Positions 56,310-64,000 of a stretch of DNA of 64,000 nucleotides are shown piece after piece (position 1 is the first letter of the stretch; the number at the start of each line of letters is the position of its first letter). Both the position numbers and the translations under genes were made by a program. Under the pieces are notes generated by a model that searched no databases, was not told the origin of the DNA, and saw nothing but the letters and a program-made list of their open reading frames with translations. The stretch lies in contig SUVK01000001.1 of the NCBI GenBank assembly GCA_015062055.1, positions 40,221 to 104,220 on the forward strand, written 5' to 3'. The stretch comes from Akkermansiaceae bacterium. GTDB lineage: Bacteria; Verrucomicrobiota; Verrucomicrobiia; Verrucomicrobiales; Akkermansiaceae.

Positions 56310-56518
56310 TTGTGAGGGCGCATGTACATAATTGAAACCCGTGTTTTTATTTTGGCCGGTGAGCCCTTTTGTATTTATGCTTCTTTGGCCTCCCCTTTTT
56401 TTGATTGATTTTCATAACTGTGAGTGTGAATAAATTATCTCATTTTCTGCCGCTGTATGTTTTTAAGCTTGCAAGTATGCCCCGAAACATGTATATAAAT
56501 AGTACAGATATTCATGTT

Positions 56519-56923
56519 ATGAAAGACAGATCATCGTATTCAGCAGAAGAAAAGTTGGACATTGTCAAATTGGTGCTTTCCCGTAAGCGTTCCATTCAAG
56601 ATGTAGCCAAAGAGAAGGGCATTGCGGCAACATTGATTTCGCTTTGGAAAAAGCAAGCAGAAGATGCTATGGCCGCCCGTTTTCAACCCCAGCCCAAGGG
56701 GCGCCGTAAGGTGGAGAAAACCGAGGAATGTGCTGCTGCTGAAACCAAATCTCTTAAAAATGATGCTCGTAAAGCTAAGATTAAGGCCTCGCATCTGGAG
56801 TCCTCTCTCAAAGAGTCCAAAAAGAGAGTGGCTCTTCTCGAACAACAGCTCGGTGAGCTTTGCGCCGTGCTCGGCTACAAACTCGTCAAGGCTCGCAAAC
56901 CCCGCAAAAGTCGCAAGGCTTAA
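56519..56923 (+). CDS. IS3 OrfA-like HTH protein without OrfB
   Basis: YSAEEKLDIV...SIQDVAKEKGIAATLISLWKKQ, coiled coil, Lys/Arg tail. Confidence 0.75.
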   Translation: MKDRSSYSAEEKLDIVKLVLSRKRSIQDVAKEKGIAATLISLWKKQAEDAMAARFQPQPKGRRKVEKTEECAAAETKSLKNDARKAKIKASHLESSLKESKKRVALLEQQLGELCAVLGYKLVKARKPRKSRKA

Positions 56924-57089
56924 TTGAATATTTGTTGAGTCAGTGCCCCGCTTTTTGTCATAATACTTCTTTTTTTTGATAGAATTCGCGGTTGCGGGTG
57001 TCTTATCCTTTCAAGATGTCTTGTAAAAAAGACGCTCGCGCGACTCTTGCCTTCAAGGTAGAGACTTACAATCCACATTATTACACATT

Positions 57090-59312
57090 ATGAAAATCAA
57101 TATACTGAGCCGCTTTCGCAGCATGGCCCTTGCTGTATCTGCTGTAGCGGCGGGTTTTGTTTCCTGTACGTCCGTCAGTTATGCAGAGCCCGATTATGAT
57201 ACAATTGGTAAGCAGTTTGCTTTGGTGTTGCAAAATGCACACTATTCACGCACCCGCTTCTCTGCTGCAATGTATGATATGTTCTTCGAGAGTTATATCG
57301 AGAGTGTTGACCCGCAGCATCTCTATTTTACCGAGGGAGACGTAAAGGCTTTGCGCGCGAAGTATGCAAAATCTTTCGGTGACTACTTGTTGGCCGGTCG
57401 TACGCGCGATTTAGCTACGGCTTTGTATGCCGAGTTTGAGAAATGCGCTCTTGCTCGTATTACCAAAGCCGAGCAGTTGTTGGATTATTATGAGAAGAAT
57501 GGCCTGCCTGCTTTTGATACCGACCGCTCCACCCCGATTCAGCGCCGCAAGTTGCCCCGCGCCCGAACGCAGGAGGAGCTCGACCAGGCTTGGTGCGACA
57601 TGATTGACGACATGATTCTTACCGAGGTGCTGCGCCGTGAGAATGTAAGCCGCTTGGCTGCCGAGAAGGGGAAACCCGACCCCACCCTCAAGGAGAAGCC
57701 TGTTGTAGAGAAGGTGTCTGCTCGCGTTAAGCGCTTGCGCAATGAGGTGCAAGAGACCGATGTGGATGACATGGTGGCTACTCTGCTCAATGCAGTTGCC
57801 CGTACCTACGACCCCCACAGTGATTACATGAGCGCAAAAGAAGAGAAGCGCTTTAAGGATATGATTAAGGCCTCCATCGTGGGTATCGGGGCTCAGCTCA
57901 GCGAGCAAGATGACGGCACAACTCGTATTGAGGGTATTGTTAAGGGGGGCCCTGCTGCTAAAAATGGTCAGCTCAAACTCGGCGATCGCATTATTGCCGT
58001 AGATAGCGAGAATAATGGCCAGTGGGTCGATATCATGTACATGAGCATCGATAAAGTTGTTGACTTGGTGCGCGGGCAAAAGGGCGTGCCTGTCAAGCTG
58101 CGTGTTCTTTCCGGCGAAAGTGCCGAGGAGCGCGAAGTTATCATCGTGCGCGATGAAGTGCCCATGTCTGAGTCTTTGGCCAGCGCTAAGATTGTAGACA
58201 TGAAGACCCCCGATGGTAAGGTGCGCCGCATCGGTATTCTGACGCTGCCCTCCTTCTATATGGATTTGGACGACACCGGTGGTGCACGTTGCGCCGCCCA
58301 CGTCAAAAAGCTTCTTGTTCGCATGAACGAGGAGAAGGTGGAGGGCCTTATCGTAGACCTTCGATTTAACGGTGGTGGCTCTCTCGAAGAGGTGCGCAAG
58401 ATGGTGGGCTTCTTCATCGGAGCCGGTCCCGTGGTGCAGGTGCGCGATGCTCGTGGTCAGCGTGAGCGCCTTACCGTGAGCGGTAAGAGAATCTTCAACG
58501 GCGAGGTGGTTGTTATCTGTAACAAGCTGAGTGCCTCTGCCTCCGAGATTTTTGCCGGTGCCATGGCAGACTATGGTCGTGCCGTTATCGTGGGCGATGA
58601 GTCCACCTTCGGTAAGGGTACAGTGCAGGTGCCCCGCAGCTTGGCCGACTACTTACCCTACTTCTCTTCTCGCGAAGGGGCCGGTATGATCAAGGTAACG
58701 GTGCAAAAGTTCTACCGCATTAACGGTGCCTCTACCCAGAAAAAGGGTGTAGAAAGTGACATTGTATTGCCCATGAACACGGCTGCCCTGCAACTGGGCG
58801 AGGCTGAGCTCGACTATGTGATGCCTTACGATGAAATCCCCGCAGCCTCCGGTTATGTGAAAGATAGTCGCATTGCACGCATTTTGCCCGAGCTGGTGAA
58901 GCGCAGTGCTGCACGTGTGGCAGCCGACCAAGACCTGCAAAACACCAAGTGGTACATCGACTATCGTCGCGGGGTAATCAAAGCTAATACCGATTCTCTG
59001 AATAAAGAGAAACGCGCTGCTGAAAACGAGGCCCTCGTCAAGCGCCAAAAGGCAATCACCGAGGAGAACAAAGTGCGCTATGCTGCCATGGCAGAGGACG
59101 ATGCGGCTAACTTGCGTGTGCGCCGTCTCAAGTTGGAAGACGTGAATCGCAAAAACCTGCCTGTCATCACCAAAGAAGATGATGATAAGTACATGGATGA
59201 AGTGAAGGACCCCGAGGAAGAGTTGGAAGAGGAGGTTGAGTACCCCTCCACCCTCGACCCCGTTCTTCGCGAGTCTCTCAACATTGTTAACGATATGTTG
59301 GAGATGCCCTGA
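57090..59312 (+). CDS. Carboxy-terminal processing protease (S41A, Prc/Tsp-like)
   Basis: DPHSDY, PDZ GIGA, DLRFNGGGSL, SASASEI, TFGKGTVQ, STQKKGV. Confidence 0.95.
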   Translation: MKINILSRFRSMALAVSAVAAGFVSCTSVSYAEPDYDTIGKQFALVLQNAHYSRTRFSAAMYDMFFESYIESVDPQHLYFTEGDVKALRAKYAKSFGDYLLAGRTRDLATALYAEFEKCALARITKAEQLLDYYEKNGLPAFDTDRSTPIQRRKLPRARTQEELDQAWCDMIDDMILTEVLRRENVSRLAAEKGKPDPTLKEKPVVEKVSARVKRLRNEVQETDVDDMVATLLNAVARTYDPHSDYMSAKEEKRFKDMIKASIVGIGAQLSEQDDGTTRIEGIVKGGPAAKNGQLKLGDRIIAVDSENNGQWVDIMYMSIDKVVDLVRGQKGVPVKLRVLSGESAEEREVIIVRDEVPMSESLASAKIVDMKTPDGKVRRIGILTLPSFYMDLDDTGGARCAAHVKKLLVRMNEEKVEGLIVDLRFNGGGSLEEVRKMVGFFIGAGPVVQVRDARGQRERLTVSGKRIFNGEVVVICNKLSASASEIFAGAMADYGRAVIVGDESTFGKGTVQVPRSLADYLPYFSSREGAGMIKVTVQKFYRINGASTQKKGVESDIVLPMNTAALQLGEAELDYVMPYDEIPAASGYVKDSRIARILPELVKRSAARVAADQDLQNTKWYIDYRRGVIKANTDSLNKEKRAAENEALVKRQKAITEENKVRYAAMAEDDAANLRVRRLKLEDVNRKNLPVITKEDDDKYMDEVKDPEEELEEEVEYPSTLDPVLRESLNIVNDMLEMP

Positions 59313-59352
59313 TACTGAATAAGAGGGTATTTACCACAGATTAAATGATTAA

Positions 59353-59387
59353 GGCACCTGCCGGAGCTCGAGCCTCTTGCAGGTGCC
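59353..59387 (+). terminator. Hairpin after the protease
   Basis: ggcacctgc/gcaggtgcc then ttttt. Confidence 0.55.
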
Positions 59388-59410
59388 GAATTTTTCGATG
59401 ATTTGCAACC

Positions 59411-60139
59411 ATGGATTGCCCAGCCGATAACAAACCGGAGTCAGTCAAACTACTTGATACCGTGCCGGCCGATGAATTGCCACGCGAAAAGCTATTTTTG
59501 CACGGACGCCGAGCCTTGAGCGATGAAGAACTGATTGCCATCTTTTTACGCACGGGTATGCAGGGCTGCAATGTGTTGCAGTTGGCGGCTCTGGTGAAAA
59601 AGGCCGCGGGCTCCTTGGCTGATTTGGGACAAATGGAGGCGGCCGACATTTTGAACTTGGTAAAAGGCATAGGCAAGGCCAAGGCCGCGACTCTTGCCGC
59701 CGGGTTTGAGCTGGGGCAACGGGCCACGCGCGACCGCATGCAACGTTGCGATATGAGCTCTGCTGCCAGTGTATATGAGTATTTGGTAGGCGAGCTGCGC
59801 TTCGAATCTCAAGAGGTTCTTTGTGTATTGTTGATTGATGCACGCCGCCGCTTGATTCGGGTAGAACGTGTGGCTGCCGGTACCCTTACACGCATGATTA
59901 CGCATGCGCGTAATGTTTTTTCGCCGGCCATTCGCTACAACGCCTGCAAAATTATTTTGGCCCACAACCACCCCAGTGGCAATACCTCGCCCAGCGAGCA
60001 AGATAAAGCCCTTACCCGTGCCATTGCCGAGGCCGGGCATATCCTCGGTATTCCCTTGATGGACCACGTGATTATCGGCGCGGCAGATAATGACTTTGCT
60101 TGCCCATACTTCAGCTTTGCGGAACACGGCCTTATTTGA
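59411..60139 (+). CDS. radC: RadC/JAB-domain protein
   Basis: PREKL, LSDEELIAI, GIGKAKA, AHNHPSG, DHVII. Confidence 0.93.
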   Translation: MDCPADNKPESVKLLDTVPADELPREKLFLHGRRALSDEELIAIFLRTGMQGCNVLQLAALVKKAAGSLADLGQMEAADILNLVKGIGKAKAATLAAGFELGQRATRDRMQRCDMSSAASVYEYLVGELRFESQEVLCVLLIDARRRLIRVERVAAGTLTRMITHARNVFSPAIRYNACKIILAHNHPSGNTSPSEQDKALTRAIAEAGHILGIPLMDHVIIGAADNDFACPYFSFAEHGLI

Positions 60140-60144
60140 TTTCG

Positions 60145-60768
60145 ATGATGAAAGATTACCATACCCACCACCACAACCCCGCCGGCGGCAGCATTTGTGC
60201 CATTACTAGGCAAGATTGGCCTCGCTTGGCCTCCATGCAAGACATGACCCCCGCCTTTGGGGTACACCCCTGGCATGCACACGAGGTAGAAGACCCTGCC
60301 GAGTTTGCCTTTGAGCTAGATGATTACCTGTACCGCTACCCCAATGCAGAGGTGGGAGAAACCGGGCTAGACGCCTCAGAAAAACATCAACCTACGCTCG
60401 AGGCTCAGCGCCTGTTGTTGCATTTGCACTTGGGGGCCGCTTTTCGGCATGACCGTTTGGTGCACTTACACTGCGTGCGCAGCCATGCAGAGCTGTTGGG
60501 TATACTCAAAGAGCGAGCTCGTTGCAACACCTTGCCACGTGTGCTGTTGCATGCATGGAGCGGCTCTCACGAGCTCGCTCGTGAGTTCTTGGCTCTGGGT
60601 GCCGTTTTTTCCGTCGGGGTGAGAGAGCTCTCTCACTCTCGTGCCCAAGAGCGTTACGCTCGCATTCCGGAGGGGAAGATTTTCCCGGAATCGGACGACA
60701 AGCCCCAAGATTGGCCGCGCGCGCTTGCCCTGTTTCGCCTGTTGCGCGGTGGGTTTACGATTCAGTGA
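60145..60768 (+). CDS. TatD-family hydrolase (short, divergent)
   Basis: DYHTH, GVHPW, VGETGLD, HCVR, HAWSGS, ESD. Confidence 0.8.
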   Translation: MMKDYHTHHHNPAGGSICAITRQDWPRLASMQDMTPAFGVHPWHAHEVEDPAEFAFELDDYLYRYPNAEVGETGLDASEKHQPTLEAQRLLLHLHLGAAFRHDRLVHLHCVRSHAELLGILKERARCNTLPRVLLHAWSGSHELAREFLALGAVFSVGVRELSHSRAQERYARIPEGKIFPESDDKPQDWPRALALFRLLRGGFTIQ

Positions 60769-61583
60769 AGGGGCGTATCGGCCGGTATATCGTACATCAC
60801 CCGTGCATGGGTGCTCAGCAGGTGCTCTGTACGGGTTTCTCCATTGCTTTGAGTCACTTCGCGGTATATATCGCAGCAGCGGTATATACCGTCTTCCTCT
60901 TGTATGAAGTCGTCTTTCTCAACCTTTACGCAATAGCTTTGAGACTCCGGGGCATCTGCACGCAATTCTCCGCGAAGGTATTCACCATCTGTGGATAACA
61001 AAAACTGGTAGGTGCGTGTGGTGTTGTTGGTGACCCGGTAGTCCAAATAATTATAAACAATGCTGGTACCCAGGCCGAACGGTACTTGTCGCCTGTCGTC
61101 GGGGAATAAGTTGAACCGCTCGTGGTGGTGATGCTCTGTGATGGTAAGGGCAGAGTGCAGCACCATCCAATGCAAGAGATTAGACAGTTGGCACATACCA
61201 CCCCCCACCCCGGCGGTCGGTTTGCCGCAGGCTATGACCAACCCGGGCAGGTAACCTTTGCGGGCTGTCGTATTACCAATCAAACGCCAAAGGGAGAATG
61301 TTTCTCCGGGCCGTATGAGGATGCCGTTGATGCATGGCGCTGCTAAGGCCAGATTCTTGGCTTTGTTGTTTTGCAATTCTTCATTAACTCCCTCCAATTT
61401 GCGGCGTATCAGCGATGCATGCTGTGCTACGCTATGCGCAAGTGGCTGTGGTGCTTTCTCTTTACAGAAATGCTGCCTGCTCAAGGCATCTTTTAACTTA
61501 CGCAGCAAAATCCCTTTCAGTCTCGACAGACGGAAGGCTAATGGACACAGCTCGCAGAATAAAGGGCGTTTCATTGCTTTCAT
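60762..61583 (-). CDS. VanW-family protein
   Basis: NKAKNLALA, PGETFSLW, GGGMCQLS, EHHHH, YNYLDYR. Confidence 0.85.
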   Translation of the reverse strand: MKAMKRPLFCELCPLAFRLSRLKGILLRKLKDALSRQHFCKEKAPQPLAHSVAQHASLIRRKLEGVNEELQNNKAKNLALAAPCINGILIRPGETFSLWRLIGNTTARKGYLPGLVIACGKPTAGVGGGMCQLSNLLHWMVLHSALTITEHHHHERFNLFPDDRRQVPFGLGTSIVYNYLDYRVTNNTTRTYQFLLSTDGEYLRGELRADAPESQSYCVKVEKDDFIQEEDGIYRCCDIYREVTQSNGETRTEHLLSTHARVMYDIPADTPLH

Positions 61584-61613
61584 TCTATCAGAATTATTCG
61601 CTGAATAGCAAGA

Positions 61614-61658
61614 AAAAAGCACCGCAAACATGCATTTGCGGTGCCTTTGAATCACAAA
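61614..61658 (-). terminator. Terminator after MalY/PatB
   Basis: gcaccgcaaa/tttgcggtgc with a minus-strand T-run. Confidence 0.7.
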
Positions 61659-61672
61659 TGTTTGCCCGGTAA

Positions 61673-62830
61673 TCAGGCGCGTGAGGCATAAAGCTCGTCT
61701 ACGGCCTTTTTCATGGCACTGAGCCCCTGCATCAGCATCTCGGGGCTGGTGGCAAAGTTGAGGCGTACACACTGTGGGTCGCCGAAATTGGCGCCATTGT
61801 CCAAGTATACCCCCGCTTTGCTGCGGAAAAACTCGTGCGGAGACTCTACCCCCAAGGCCGAGCAGTCTAACCATGCCAGATACGTGGCCTCTTGGTGGCG
61901 CGTCTTAATCATCGGCAGGTTCTCTGCCACATAATCAATGACGGTTTGGCGGTTGGTACGCAGTGTTTTGAGCAACTGCTCATGCCACTCCCATCCCTGT
62001 GTATAGGCTGCCAAAGAGGCGGCATAGGCAAATACGTTGAGGGTGGGCAAGCTGTGCCCTTGGGTCTTGCGAATGGCGGCGCGCAGCTCATCATTGGGCA
62101 CGGCCATGTAAGTAAAGCATATGCCCGCTATGTTGAAGGTCTTGCTGGGGGCGCTCAGCATTACCGTGCGCTGCTGAATGCGCTCGGGCAGCGTGAGGGC
62201 GCACACATGCTTCTTGTCTTCATCCAGCACCAAGTCGCAGTGTATCTCGTCAGAGCAGAGTATCAAATCGTGTTTCTCGCAGAAGTCTGCCACCTTCTCC
62301 ATTTCCTCGCGGCTCCAGGCACGGCCCAGCGGGTTGTGCGGGTTGCACAGCAAAAATAACTTCGTGTTGGGCGTTACTGTTGCCTCCATGGCTTCCCAGT
62401 CAAACTCCCAACGCTCATTGTTGTAGACGTATGGTACCGTCAGCAGACTGCATCGGGCATCTTCGTGGCAGTGCAGCATCGGCGGGTATGTCGGCGAGCA
62501 CACCAGTACCTCGTGCTCGGGGTTCGGGCATACCGTGCGGGCTACCAGCGTGAAAGCCGGCACGCAGCCCGGTAACTCGTGCAGCCACTCGGGTTTGGCA
62601 TTCTCTACCCCGTGCTTCCTCTTGAGATAGGCCGTGATGGCCCCTCGTAACTCATCGGTCATGAATGCATAACCATAAAATCTGTGGTTCAGTCGTGCCT
62701 GCAAGGCATCCACCACGCAGGGCGGGCTCTCAATATCCATGTCCGCTATGCCGAACGGCAGCGGCCCCTGCAAGTCCCATTTGATATTGCCGGTCTCGCG
62801 GCGACAATCTGTTGAGGCAAACCTGATCAT
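61673..62830 (-). CDS. MalY/PatB-family PLP C-S lyase
   Basis: IADMD, LCNPHNPLG, SDEIHCDL, APSKTFNIAG, RLNFAT. Confidence 0.92.
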   Translation of the reverse strand: MIRFASTDCRRETGNIKWDLQGPLPFGIADMDIESPPCVVDALQARLNHRFYGYAFMTDELRGAITAYLKRKHGVENAKPEWLHELPGCVPAFTLVARTVCPNPEHEVLVCSPTYPPMLHCHEDARCSLLTVPYVYNNERWEFDWEAMEATVTPNTKLFLLCNPHNPLGRAWSREEMEKVADFCEKHDLILCSDEIHCDLVLDEDKKHVCALTLPERIQQRTVMLSAPSKTFNIAGICFTYMAVPNDELRAAIRKTQGHSLPTLNVFAYAASLAAYTQGWEWHEQLLKTLRTNRQTVIDYVAENLPMIKTRHQEATYLAWLDCSALGVESPHEFFRSKAGVYLDNGANFGDPQCVRLNFATSPEMLMQGLSAMKKAVDELYASRA

Positions 62831-62949
62831 AGTTCAAAAAAAAGTTAGACTTGCTCCTATTCTACCACCTCTCCCCCGCAGAGTCAAGGCGCTTAATTCT
62901 CTATTTTTAAGTATTTTGTGCTGCTTGAAGTAAAGGAGTGTATAGCTCT

Positions 62950-63714
62950 TTACTTACTCTTCTTACCTTGTATCTTAGAGATTTTTTCCAGAACTCTGGT
63001 GATGATGCGACCTAATTTACCACCGAATTTTTTACCCAGATATTTTTGGAAAAACCAGCGTATTTTCCAATTGCGACGGTTAGCTGCACTGTGCCAAGAC
63101 ATATTGAAATGGTGTATGCAAGCGGTGTTATCTGTTACATTGATTTCTTGCGTTGAGAAATCTTTGGGGCAAAAATAATCCCGCGGATACATTGTAAAGA
63201 ACCCCTCGATGTCTTGATAGGTGTTATTGAGTTGCAGCCCTTGTTTGACCATGTATTCGGTTATGGTGACAACATTGGTCGTTATGTCTATCGTGCCATC
63301 GGGGTTGCGGAAGTGTTTGCCTTCGTAATATTCCAGATTTTCTTTCGCCCAACGCCCTCCTTTTTCGCTGGCCATTATACCGGTCGGAACCTGAGTTTCT
63401 GATTCAAAACCGGAGAACGCGTGGTGGTGTAGAAACTCGTCTAATGATTTTAGTACTTCCACATCTGTATCCATGTAAATGCCACCTTCATAATAGAGTG
63501 CGTGTAATCGTACAACATCTGTTACAAAGGCATACTTCCCTGCTTCATATGCCTCTTTGGCATACGGATATTGTGAAAGATCAAAATTACTTTCATCCCA
63601 CAGTTTTAATTCATATTCCGGACAATATTTTCTCCACGAATGAATACAGGTTAATGCTAATTTCGGCATGGGTTTACCCCCAAACCAACAATAGTGAATC
63701 GTTTTTGGTATCAT
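62950..63714 (-). CDS. Glycosyltransferase family 32 (DXD)
   Basis: MIPKTIHYCWFGG, DVVRL..LY.EGGIYMDTD; low GC. Confidence 0.92.
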   Translation of the reverse strand: MIPKTIHYCWFGGKPMPKLALTCIHSWRKYCPEYELKLWDESNFDLSQYPYAKEAYEAGKYAFVTDVVRLHALYYEGGIYMDTDVEVLKSLDEFLHHHAFSGFESETQVPTGIMASEKGGRWAKENLEYYEGKHFRNPDGTIDITTNVVTITEYMVKQGLQLNNTYQDIEGFFTMYPRDYFCPKDFSTQEINVTDNTACIHHFNMSWHSAANRRNWKIRWFFQKYLGKKFGGKLGRIITRVLEKISKIQGKKSK

Positions 63715-63715
63715 A

Positions 63716-64000
63716 TTATCGATTTTTTATTTTAAGATATAATGTATGAAAACCCGGTATCTTCCGTAATATGGCACCCAAGAGCCCGAAACGTCCGTAA
63801 TGCGGATGCCGATAGGAGCGAATATACATCCGTTTGTAGTCTTTGAGGTGTTTTGAGTAAGCGGCCGCTCCCTCCCGTGCATAATCTGCAAGAAATTGTT
63901 CTCGGTTTATCGGCACTTGATGGGCAGTTTGAAGCTGCCCATTTCCATGAACGGCTTCTTCAACATCGCGTTTCTCAATATGACAGCTATTTTGTATCAT
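63716..64000 (-). CDS. 3' end of a gene entering from beyond the window (probably polysaccharide locus)
   Basis: Open frame ending 1 nt before the GT32 start; product not identifiable. Confidence 0.5.
   Translation of the reverse strand: MIQNSCHIEKRDVEEAVHGNGQLQTAHQVPINREQFLADYAREGAAAYSKHLKDYKRMYIRSYRHPHYGRFGLLGAILRKIPGFHTLYLKIKNR

Noticed and set aside
59411-60139. radC as an anti-restriction or mobile cargo gene
   Set aside because: Full-length chromosomal type with N-terminal helical domain in a housekeeping context.

Overview
Mostly core chromosome of what looks like an Akkermansia-like Verrucomicrobium. That assignment is inferred from the exosortase/EpsI pair, a Na+-pumping methylmalonyl-CoA decarboxylase operon, a GH29 fucosidase and many lipoproteins; no marker gene confirms it. 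The window holds about 65 CDS (prs, trxA, gdhA, xseA, nspC, rmuC, ruvB, panE, pfp, xerD, parA, leuA, pth, mmdADCB, radC and others), four tRNAs, tmRNA and a probable 6S-like RNA. I see no prophage, CRISPR array or intact IS. The most unusual signals: (1) an AT-rich four-helix-bundle gene inside an operon, bracketed by a perfect 31-bp inverted repeat of heptamers; one arm appears to supply the next gene's start codon and the other abuts an inverted copy of the previous gene's 3' end; (2) a tRNA-Leu with the rare A34 anticodon AAG; (3) repeated sigma70 promoters 6-9 nt before start codons, suggesting leaderless mRNAs; (4) catalytically degenerate PutA-like and kinase-like proteins; (5) a 59-aa lipoprotein missed by the ORF track; (6) an orphan IS3-OrfA-like HTH gene; (7) a low-GC zeta-toxin-like module. 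All calls are by-eye motif recognition; no searches or folding programs were run.
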